Source of the DNA: Lytechinus pictus
Taxonomy: Eukaryota
Assembly (NCBI RefSeq): GCF_037042905.1
Contig: NC_087263.1
Span: 15,130,001 to 15,194,000, forward strand
DNA: 64,000 bases
Reading direction: 5' to 3'
A program made the translations under genes and the position numbers. The notes below the pieces were generated by a model. It had not been told where the DNA came from. It ran no database searches and saw nothing but the letters and a program-made list of their open reading frames with translations. This document shows positions 1 to 10,432 of the stretch, piece by piece. Each line of letters begins with the position of its first letter. Within the stretch, counting starts at the first letter, position 1.

Positions 1-305
1 ATCATCATTGTCATCATCATCATCACCATCATCATCATTGTCATCATCATCATCACCATCATCATCATCATCGTCATCATCATCATTAAAATTATCATGA
101 TTGTCATCATCATCATCATCGTCATTAAGCTCATCCTTTCATCATTCTCCTCCTATTCATCACGCACACGATCAACATCATCATCATCATTCCTCTTCCT
201 CCTCATCATCACCATCATCCTCCCCCTCATCCTCATCATCGTCATCATCATCAAGCTCATCCTCCTATTCATCATTATCACCATCATCCTCGTCATTATT
301 ATCAA
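1..305. repeat. Degenerate (ATC)n/(TCA)n microsatellite
   Basis: Continuous catcatcat runs with substitutions; explains the poly-I and poly-S ORFs. Confidence 0.95.
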
Positions 306-1204
306 CACATCGCAATCATGGGCACATTCAATATCATTCCAAAATCATAATCATATAAGTTTCGGATGACCTTTATACTTTGCATCAAATTTCATGGAGG
401 GGATTATTGACTCAAATCACCTCAGTTAATCCACTAACGCCCCCAAATGGGGGGTGGATTATGCCCCTCGTCTCAGATTACATGACTTTCGCTATCAGAG
501 TCCATGACGGTTTGCACTGCACTTGAACGCAATGGTCAATCGCATGATATGCGATCCTCGGTGCATAAAAGCAGATACCCCAAGAGATATCACGACGTGA
601 AAACGCTTGAGTGGGACTGCGATGATTGACAGGCAGGGGCCTCTTATGCACTATGCATTAGAAGCAGAGCAGTATACATGATAACCATGGGGAAAAGGAT
701 GTGATGACGTATGATAACAATATAACAACTTTTTATAAAAATCCCAACTATGGTTCAAGAAGAGTTTAGTTCATTTTAAAAGCCATTGATTAATGAAGGA
801 GAAAGGGGAGTCGAATTTGCAGTAGCAAATTATTTTTAAATTAGATAAAAAATCAAAAGAATATAACTGAACATAAAAAGTAAAAGAAACAGAAAAAAAA
901 ACATTCAAAGTCAGAAAAACATTTTCTGTACATTTTGCTTTAAATGCATTAGGGAAATTTTGGAAAATAAATGATAATATAGAAAGTCATGTTCCTTTTA
1001 CATGTATTGGGATAAAAAAATCACATTTAAAAAGCATTGGTTATATATATTTACCCAAAAAAAGGGGAAAAAGACCCCACTAATTTCATATCTCCAAAAG
1101 ACTGGTGTCCTTACTAATCCATGCAGTGTAATGCACTTGTAATGGTACTATATTGGACATTTTTTAGCATATAAAGGCATGTAATATTTCACATAAAAAT
1201 TATT

Positions 1205-1240
<36 letters not shown>
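1205..1240. repeat. (CT)n microsatellite
   Basis: Direct reading. Confidence 0.95.
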
Positions 1241-1248
<8 letters not shown>

Positions 1249-1896
1249 TATTACCCTTCCTCTTTCTCACTTCCATTCCACCTACATCTCTCTCTCTCTC
1301 TCTCACTCTTACTATGTCTCTCTCCCTCCATCTCCATCTACCTACATGTATCTCCATCCCTCTGACCCTCTCGAGGCCACGTGCCGAGTTTACTCTCCTC
1401 GTGAAACTTGACCTCCTGAATGAATTTGTGACTGGATGGGAGCCTGTTTGCCAAGAGCAAGCAAGTCGCGACACAAATTTCCACAATCGCCACTTACTCT
1501 GCGCCAAAAGACGCTGGCTCCCTGCTCATCATTTATAAACACAAGGCAGGTTTAATGATACAAACATGTACGGAAGTGGTACACGTATCTGTAGCAGTGT
1601 AAACGCATGAATATTAGGTTAAAAGCTGACTTGAAGACAGAGATTACATTAAAAAATTAAATTTTCTGATTGCAGTATAGCTAGCTTACTGTAGAACATA
1701 AAGGCCATGGATTTTAGGTTAAAAGCTGACTTGAAGTTAAAAACAAAAGTTACATCAAACGATGAATACTTTCCAAATATATAGAATCCGTTTCAATGTG
1801 TTTTATATCACCTTATTTACAGCCTGAACAATATACAGAGAATATTGGTTTTGATTAAATTTTCTGTCAGCATTATCTATCTTTTTAAAACTTGTA

Positions 1897-2141
1897 CACT
1901 GTAAAAACTCCAGTGTTAATTTAACACCATCCTGGAGTCTATGTATGTCCACACCACAGAGAAGTGTTAAACAGCACCAGATTGTTTTTTTTGTCTAACT
2001 TCAGATAGGTGTTATACAACACCAATTAGTGTTAAAACAGCATCGGTTTGATTCCAAACTGGTGTTGTTTCAACACTTCTCTGGTGTGGACATATATAGA
2101 TTCCGGGTTGGTGTTAAATCAACACCGGAGTTTTTGCAGTG
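1897..2141. mobile_element. MITE with CACTG...CAGTG termini, long TIRs and TA TSD (EnSpm/CMC-like or Tc1/mariner-like)
   Basis: TA|CACTGTAAAAACTCCAGTGTTAATTTAACACCA at the left end and TGGTGTTAAATCAACACCGGAGTTTTTGCAGTG|TA at the right; inverted similarity extends about 85 bp. Confidence 0.9.
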
Positions 2142-2639
2142 TACACTCCTTTTTCCATTCCTCAAATGCTTCTCATTCAGTGGGTCCTCAACAAGTACAA
2201 AACAAAATTCATGTGAATGAAGTAAAAAATACCAACTACATGTGATAGATTGTGAGCTGCACCTCCCCTTCTCACACACACAAAAAAATCAATACCATCC
2301 ACCAATTTACAAATTCACTCCTCCATTATGCAAATGTGATGAAAATCACACAGGCAAATTCAAAATTACTGAATGCAAGATTTTGAACGAGAGCACCAGC
2401 AAATCGCATTTCCTCTTTCTCTTCATCATTTCATAATTTGTTTTGATACTAGTGAGACTGGGTACTCCAGACCGCCCTAATGTATTGACACAGCCGCTAG
2501 ACAGTACAAATAGAGATTGAACACAGCTATACTATAATGATGAGATGGTCTTCATTAACTGTGGAGTATGAACATGCATTTTGTGATAAAGTAAATGCAT
2601 ACAACCTATACAGCTACAAAGGATTCCAAAATTGGTTTT

Positions 2640-3054
2640 CAGGGTTCCCAGCTTTTCAAGAAAACAAAATTCTGTGATTTTTCCCTGATTAAGTTTAAAT
2701 ATTCCCTGATAATTATTCAAACCCATTCCCAGTTTCGCATGTTTTTTAAGTTGTTGCAGTGAATTACATGTATTTGCAGTATAAAAACAATAATGTACAA
2801 CTAATTAGTACCACCATATCAAACAGTCATTCAATGGATGTAGTTTTGATATGCAACAAAATATAACAGAGTCTGACTGACTACCGTGCTTTCGACTTTT
2901 GGGCTGATCAAAATTTCCTGATTTTCCCCTCATTTGAGGCATTTTTCCATGATTTGAGGTATTTTTATCAAAGTCCCTGATATTTCTCTCACCGGAAAAA
3001 AGTAAAATAATTTTCCCTGATTTTCCTGATTTCCCTGATGGGCTGGGAACCCTC
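2640..3054. mobile_element. hAT-like MITE with CAGGGTTCCCAGC TIR
   Basis: Left CAGGGTTCCCAGC, right GCTGGGAACCCT(C); subterminal TTTTCCCTGA motif repeated near both ends. TSD unclear (GTTTT/GTTTA possible). Confidence 0.75.
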
Positions 3055-3292
3055 GTTTACTGTCCTATTGTAAAGAGAAAATTTATGCATAATTTTTGTT
3101 TTATACCACAGTTTGTACAGGCCTTTTTAAACAATGATATCAGAAGGTGTATACGGTATGTATTTCCCATGGTCAAATAACAGCGGATGTAGCAATTTTA
3201 AAACTGAGGTCTTTTTGTTGAGAATATAAATTCTTTAAACCACAAGTACCCATTTGTTAACAACACAAAATGATATCTGACATGAATTCCTG

Positions 3293-3562
3293 GGCCCCGT
3301 CATACAAAGAGTTGCGATTGATCCAATCAACCACAACTATGGATAGCTAGTGACGTCAAGTTCTAAAATACATGTTTGTTCAAAATATTTTCTAGATATG
3401 ATGTATATTCATACACCGACTGTTTTCTTGACAATTCAGTATGCTTCTCTTTGTTTTTAAAGGACATTTTGCAATTCTCCTGTAGAAAAAATTATGATGC
3501 TGATGGATTTCCATAGAGTTACGATCGATTGGATCTATCGTAACTCTTTGTAAGACAGGGCC
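3293..3562. mobile_element. PIF/Harbinger-like MITE family A, copy 1 (270 bp)
   Basis: TIR GGCCCCGTCATACAAAGAGTTGCGATTGATCCAATC / GATTGGATCTATCGTAACTCTTTGTAAGACAGGGCC; CTG on both sides; further copies at 4842, 10165, 57432. Confidence 0.9.
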
Positions 3563-3631
3563 CTGGTATCAAGAATTTGATTTCATGGCAATGTATAATA
3601 TCAAGAAAAAAATTTATTGAAATAAAGAAAA

Positions 3632-4641
3632 CAAGGCAAACGCCAAGCGTTGTCTCGCCTCCATATTGCAGTCATGAAGAGACTGCATGTCAAAACTACA
3701 TGTATGCTATATGACTTAGATGGACCTCTGTTACGAGTTTGGCAATCCCACCTCGAAGCTATAGAAAGTTATTGTGTGTACAACACAGCACAGTGCCAGT
3801 CATGGAAAGTTCATTGACCTTTGACCTTTATCAAATTTAACTCACATTCGAACTTGACCTGCACCTTCAAGAGATGGACCTCTTGTTTGAATTTGGCAAT
3901 CCTACATGTACCTCGAAGATATAAAAAGTTATTATGTGTACAACACAGCACAGTGCCAGTCATGGAAAGTTCATTGACCTTTGAACTTTGACCTTATTCA
4001 AATTCGACTCATATTCGAACTTGACCTGTGCCTTCAGGAGATAGACCTCTGGTATGAATTTGGTGATCCCACCTCGAAGATATAGAAAGTTATTATGTGT
4101 ACAACACAGCACAGTGCCAGTCATGGAAAGTTCATTGACCTTTGACCTTATTAAAATTCGACTCATATTCGAATTTGACCTGTGCCTTCAGGAGATGGAC
4201 CTCTGGTATGAATTTGGTGATCCCACCTCGAAGATATAGAAAGTTATTATGTGTACAACACAGCACAGTGCCAGTCATGGAAAGTTCATTGACCTTTGAC
4301 CTTATTAAAATTCGACTCATATTCGAATTTGACCTGTGCCTTCAGGAGATGGACCTCTGGTATGAATTTGGTGATCCCACCTCGAAGATATAGAAAGTTA
4401 TTATGTGTACAACACAGCACAGTGCCAGTCATGGAAAGTTCATTGACCTTTGACCTTATTAAAATTCGACTCATATTCGAACTTGACCTGTGCCTTCAGG
4501 AGATGGACCTCTGGTATGAATTTGGTGATCCCACCTAGAAGCTATAGAAAGTTATTGGGTGTACAACACAATGTTGACGACGCCGACACCGGAAATAGTG
4601 ATAGGCCTACCTATGTCTCGCTCCGCTACGCAGGCGAGACA
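3632..4641 (-). mobile_element. Non-autonomous Helentron/Helitron2 (HINE, DINE-1/pearl-like) element with internal tandem array
   Basis: Minus strand begins TTTTTGTCTCGCCT with a short inverted copy of the TIR just inside, and ends AGGCGAGACA, hairpin AACGC-TTG-GCGTT, then CTTGTT. A GACGACGCCGAC micro-repeat lies near the 5' end. Confidence 0.85.
3718..4570. repeat. 154-bp tandem array (about 5.5 units) inside the Helentron
   Basis: Identical minus-strand ORFs at 4132 and 4286 give a period of 154; inner units near-identical, first two diverged. Confidence 0.97.
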
Positions 4642-4705
4642 AAAATTGAATAATGGCTTGTCATACTGTACGAACAGCAGCTTATGCTTGTTGTAAAACA
4701 TTCAG

Positions 4706-4838
4706 GGCCCATAACGCAAAGGTTGGCGATTAATACTAGGCTTCATTTTGACGATTAATTGTACAGTACACTAAAGTCAATGCAATCAATCGTAGAAAAA
4801 ATTTCTATGATGATTTCTAAGCTTTGTGTCACCGACCC
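4706..4838. mobile_element. Short Harbinger-like MITE (family B), decayed
   Basis: CAG|GGCCCATAACGCAAAGG ... CTTTGTGTCACCGACCC|CAG; shares its right CAG with the next element. Confidence 0.6.
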
Positions 4839-4841
4839 CAG

Positions 4842-5367
4842 GGCCCTGTCTAACAAAGATTTGTGATTGATGAAAATCCATATTTTATTGTTCAAAATAG
4901 ACATGAAATTAAATACTCCGAAAAGTTGCTTTGCCCAATTGATCGTGGGCCCGGAAGCCGCTGTGCAGCGCCAGATCGACGAGGCTCTATCCCTTTAATC
5001 TTTGAACGCCAAACAGGGTAGCAGCAACTCCCATCTTTTAATGTCTTTTGGTCTGACGCGGCCAGGGTCTGAACCCCCGACCTCCCGGTTGTAAGACGGA
5101 CGCTTTACCAACTGAGCCAACACAACGGTGTGATCCCATCAACCGCAACTATTGTTGGCCAGCAACGTCTAAAATTCAAATTTTCTCAAAATATTTTCTA
5201 GATATGACGTAAATGTATGCATTCATCATTCTCTTAAAAATTCAGTGTAATTCTCTTTGTTTACTAAGGAGCATGTGCAAATTTTTAGAGAAGAAATTAT
5301 GACATTGATGGATTTCCATGCAGTTGAGATTGATTGGATCAATCGTAACTCTTTGTAAGACGGGGCC
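4842..5367. mobile_element. Harbinger-like MITE family A, copy 2, interrupted by a SINE
   Basis: Left TIR 4842-4871, host sequence resumes at 5135, right TIR ends GACGGGGCC at 5367; flanks CAG/TAG. Confidence 0.88.
4872..5130 (-). mobile_element. tRNA-derived SINE with Meta-like central domain, nested in the MITE
   Basis: Minus strand: box A TGGCTCAGTTGG, box B GGTTCAGACCC, then GTCAGACCAAAAGACATTAAAAGATGGG...; TGAT duplicated at 4868-4871 and 5131-5134. Meta assignment is from recalled similarity, not a search. Confidence 0.85.
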
Positions 5368-8300
5368 TAGATGCGACAGCTCCTTATCATTCAAATTACA
5401 TCATACTGGTGGCAATTTCTTTTGCAGCTCATTTTGACTTGATTCCGAGAGGCAAGACATAAAATGTGAGTACTTAAAATTAAAAAGAAATAATTTAAAA
5501 TGCATGTGACATTTAAAGTCCCCACATTAGTACAAAGAACGAACCACTTAATATCTAAATGGTCGAAACGGAAAGTGATATTCTACCTCAAATAAAACTT
5601 GTTATAAATACTGTGCAAACATTAACCATTAAAAAGGTGAATCACGTTTGAATGCTCGCATTGCAAACTGAGAATAGAATGGCAAATTGGCTGCCAATAA
5701 TTCAACTTTTATTGAGCATTAAATCATTGTTTCTGATCAAAGTGAATATCAACACTTAAAATATAGGGTACATGTCTACATGACACATCTTTAATAGAAA
5801 AAAACCCATTTCACTTATTATAGATATAAGTACGGTATGCATGAAATGTCAGTAATAACATATTTTTTTTAATGAAAGCTCAAAGAATTTTATACTGTAT
5901 AGTTCTCCAACTAAATTATGCAATTAGGAAACATTTCAACAACAAAAATAAGAACACCTTCAATAGACCCGCATAATCAAACTTCTTTGAAAAAGACAAG
6001 TTTAAAAAACTTCACAGAACACTATGTAATTACTTATATTACAATAGTTTCTTTGAATATTTTATTTACTCACTTAGATTCATTTTGTGTTAATTTTATT
6101 TGCATTTATCTGAGAATAAGTTCAGTCTTAATAAGTCACAAGGACTGCCTGTATTGTATGAGTTTATACCAATGATCAATGAACAAACACTTTGCTTTTG
6201 ATGCAATAATGTTTTCAAAGTACATTTCAAACAGAAGAAAAATCATTAAAGAATATCACAACATGCTTATTTGACATCTACGTGTATCCATTCACTTCCT
6301 CGATCGTCCGTTTTGAAGGAAAATAAAGACATTTCACAAATATGAAAATTGAGAATACATTGGCCAGACCATTGAACATCCTGCACAGAAGGCTGAATAT
6401 CCAGTACGCAATTTCAACAAATGATCGATATGGTATGTAAACAAAGTATGACAGGCCATGTGTCTAAGTCACTCCGAATCATACTGGAATATCATTCAAA
6501 ATGTGGAGTCGTATAACTCATTGCATGCTACAATGCAAAATATGTGTCCCTTTTGCAAAAGAAAATACAAAATTTGACCCAAAATAGGCTTTTCATTTTC
6601 TAGAGTCTCCAAAAATCAACTCCCCATCCTAGACATGTATTAGTTGCTATTGCAAAGCATCTAAAATTACAGAAGAAAAAAAATCAACTTAAAAGGAAAT
6701 GTGTGAATCTTTAAGAAAATAAATCAAATATCCCTGGATATGTTAGTAAACAAAAGGGAAAAAATTAAATTGTAACTATAAGCGTTCAAGAATGAATAAA
6801 AAATCTTTAGATCAAAACCTATTTCAAATGTTGATTGTTATGAATTTTTGATAAGGGTGATATCCCTTTAAAATAATAAATCAATGATTTTACAGATTAT
6901 GTTTTAATAGAGTCTAAATAATCTAGAAGTCTGTACACTTTTCCTAGGTGCTACATGTGAACATCTAAGGTAGATGTTAAAACATTAAACTGATCTCTTT
7001 CATCAAATAAACTTTTTTGCAAACTTCTTTCTTCAAGTTCAGACTAACGTTAAATCCAAAGAATGATATTTTCATAAATTCAAAATTATTTAATCTATAG
7101 ATTTAACAGTTTGAGGTTAAATTAAAATGCTGCATTTTTTTTAGAAAAGTTAAAACTAGGATTTTGATAAGGCTCAGATACATGCCCTGTCGGTGACACA
7201 GTCAGTGCCACTCAGTCACACAGTCTCACAGACACAGGCACAGCCAGGTATATTTTTTCTTAAATTCAGAAAGGGTAAAGAGCTTCAAAATCAGCTCAAA
7301 TGCCAGAACCTGGGAAGCCTCCATGAATATCCAGAGCCAATTACTTCACCTGTGACTTATCAGTCTTCGCATTGCCACTCAGTCAGATAAACAAGCAATT
7401 TCCCTGCAGTTTGCCACTTGATGCAATCAATGACAGCACCGACACCAATTTCAATGCATGGGACTTAATTAATTGTTCTTCAGCTCCACCTGTGCAAAGA
7501 GATGTATGGCACATCTCAAACTAATTAACATTGGAACAAGGTTAGTGTATGAATTAGATGTGACAAGTTCAAAATGACAAATGAGCTACAATGCTTACAA
7601 TCTAATGCCTTCAGGGCTCTCAAATACCCCTGCTTGCTAGAATAGGATGAATTGCTGTGTAAAAATTGACTGGATACCAAGACTCCATTACCAGGAGACT
7701 AATTAGTCTTGTAAAATGTGCAGGGCAGAGCCAGAGATATTCCTACTATGTTATCATATTCATTGCATGCAGCTGTTATCATTTTTAATGTAATGATTTT
7801 TTTTTCTAGCGGAAGATTTTTATATACATGTATAAATATTTCTAAATATATATTTTTTTTTTTTTTGGGGGGGGGCTGGGTAGGAGGGATGGGGCTCATT
7901 ATTTTCACCATTATTACTAGGTATATTATATCATTATCATCAGGGTATATAATAATTGGAATAGGTAACATCTCGCCTAAACCTAATAAAGGCCTATTAT
8001 CACTTTAGCATTTTTTATCTTCATATCATTATCATCATCATATTATAATGTAATTCTATCATTATCCTTTAATTTCAACTACCATTGCAAGAAAATAACA
8101 ATATTGATCATTACAATAAACTTATGCCAATATTATATGGCATGCAAGAATTTCACACAAAAATATAGTGAAATATAGTGAATATGGACAAAAAATGCCA
8201 TATAAATGTGATTAAGCGCAAAATGTATTTTCAGTACTAAAAAAAAAAGAATATATGACATCACAGGGTATTTTATGAGAAACTGACAAGCAGAAAAAGA

Positions 8301-8743
8301 TGGAAAGAAAGAGAGAGAGAAATGAGCAAACAGCAAATGAAAACACATTTACAAGTCAATACCCCCGTTGATTTCCATACTAAATGAGACATGGAAAATG
8401 AAGTTTTAATTAGGCCACCTCCCGACTCCATTGCACGGAATCCTCAAATTGGCAACTCATTAAAAGCAGGGCCTCGTGAATCATTAATGAATATCACGCA
8501 ATTCAGAGAGAATGAGGGCACAATAAAAATAGATATGCCTCGGTTGATACCGATACAGAGTGAGGATAATGAGGGATATGCACGTTCGGATGAATTAATT
8601 AGTCAGAGAAAAGTTAATGGTGTGTTTAACATTTCTGGTATTCAAAAGGGTGCAAATGGGCTTAAAGCAGCTTTGATATTAAGAATGCATCAATGTGAGA
8701 CTGTAAAGAAACATACACTGGTGATATTGGTTTAGTTGGTAGA

Positions 8744-9103
8744 CAGTGGCGTACCTAGGATTTTTCACAGGGGGGGCAAAACCGTCCGCCAAAAAAATTG
8801 ACAAGCAAAAAAAAAAGGGCTTCGATCACAAATAAAGGATTTCGGTACCAGAAAAAAATTGACAAGCAAAAAAAAAAAAATTAAAAAAAAAGTTTTCGAT
8901 CACAAATAAAGGATTTCGGTACCAGAAAAAATTTGACAAGCAAAAAAAAAAAAAAAAAAAAAAAAAAGGTCTTCGATCACAAAGGATTTGTCAGGGGGGG
9001 CAAAAAAGGTTTTTCAAGCCCGTCAGGTGGGGCAAAGATATGTTTTTGCATGGGTTGTGACTCGTCAGGGGGGGCAGAGTGCCCCCCCGTAGGTACGCTA
9101 GTG
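8744..9103. mobile_element. hAT MITE with perfect 8-bp TSD
   Basis: TTGGTAGA|CAGTGGCGTACCTA ... TAGGTACGCTAGTG|TTGGTAGA; three internal repeats of TTGACAAGC-polyA-TTCGATCACAAA. Confidence 0.93.
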
Positions 9104-10164
9104 TTGGTAGAACTGTAACTTGTAAGTAAAGATACAAAATTAATTTTACATTTGATTATAACTTTTTGTTCATGGTTTGTCAAACTTTCACTTATGGTTT
9201 TCAATAATCTTTGATAATACAAATATAACACTGTAAGAATGTAAAGAAACATGGAGATATTTGGAAGTTGGTAGTACTGTATAAAGTTGTGTAACATAAA
9301 CATATAAAATTAATATTTGCATTCTATTACAAGTTTTTGCTCCTGGTTCTCCAAACATTCAGTCATGGTCTAATTGCACTGATCACAACCATGTCAGTAT
9401 GCAGAAATTTTTCACGGGGAGGGGGGAGCATTTTTTTTGTAAAGTTGAATGTGAGAGAGCAAGGCAACAGAGCTTGTCATGTGGGTGCTAGCTTTTGCCT
9501 TTTCTAAAGTAAAATTGAAAGATTTCCTGCATACTTTTAGGTGAATTTCTTTTTTTAAATCAGGAAAAGACGTTTTCATTTTTATTTTTTTTTTGTTATT
9601 TATTTTATTCATTTATTTTTTTATTTTTTTATTATTTTTTTTTAGGGGGGGGGGGGGCAACTGCCCCCTGCCCCCACCCAATGAGCACCATCATGATCAG
9701 ACCTTTTATGTAACAGGGAGTAATATTATCCCACAATGCATTAGAAGAAGCTCCAAAATTGCAAAAGGAAAATAATAATCATACCAAATTATTTTCCTCA
9801 CTATCTTATAAAGATATGAAGTCACTGCTTAAAAGGAAATGTAGTATATATAGCACAATCTTACACCCCTCTCTCTCTCTCTGCGTTTTACATGTTTATG
9901 CCCTATACAATATAGGGGCATTGCCAAGGTATTTTGATGGAGGGGGGGGGGGCAAGATTTTTTCTTTTCTTTTCTTTTCAAGTAATTCAAAGAGGGTTAC
10001 ATGACCAATATCTTTTTTTCTACGATCTTCTTTATAATATCTTCCCCTTTTCTTCTGTGTTTTTTTCTTCATTATTTGAAAGTCAGGGAGGGTGGTCATC
10101 CCCCTTACTACCCCCCCCCCCCCGTAGCATTTCCCTTGTGCCCTAACAAATTGTATCAGACCTA

Positions 10165-10432
10165 GGCCCAGTCTTACAAAGAGTTGCGCTTGATCCAATC
10201 GATTGCAACTATGGATGGCCAGCAACGTCAACATCTATATAATGCATGTTTGTTCAAAATATTTTCTAACTATGATGTGTATTGCATTCATTGTTTTCTT
10301 GAAAATTCACTGTGTTCTTCTTTGTTTACAAAGGACATTGTGCAAATTTCCTGTAAAAAAAATTATGACACTGATGGATTTCCATAGAGTTACGTTGATC
10401 GGATCAATCATAACTCTTTGTAAGACGGGGCC
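10165..10432. mobile_element. Harbinger-like MITE family A, copy 3
   Basis: Colinear with 3293-3562; flanks CTA/CTG. Confidence 0.9.

Noticed and set aside
1614..1736. Short direct repeats (TTAGGTTAAAAGCTGACTTGAAG x2; similar pairs near 37763/37848, 54115-54155, 60476-60523)
   Set aside because: Ordinary local duplications with no further structure.
3960..4653. Repeated ORFs and possible CRISPR-like array
   Set aside because: Contiguous 154-bp tandem units with no unique spacers, no cas genes, eukaryotic context.
8391..8735. 114-aa ATG-initiated ORF
   Set aside because: No recognisable domain or splice context; length reachable by chance; better explained as non-coding.
9400..10145. Poly-G/poly-C flanked segments resembling further hAT MITEs (also about 59745-60050)
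   Set aside because: Too decayed to define TIRs or TSDs.
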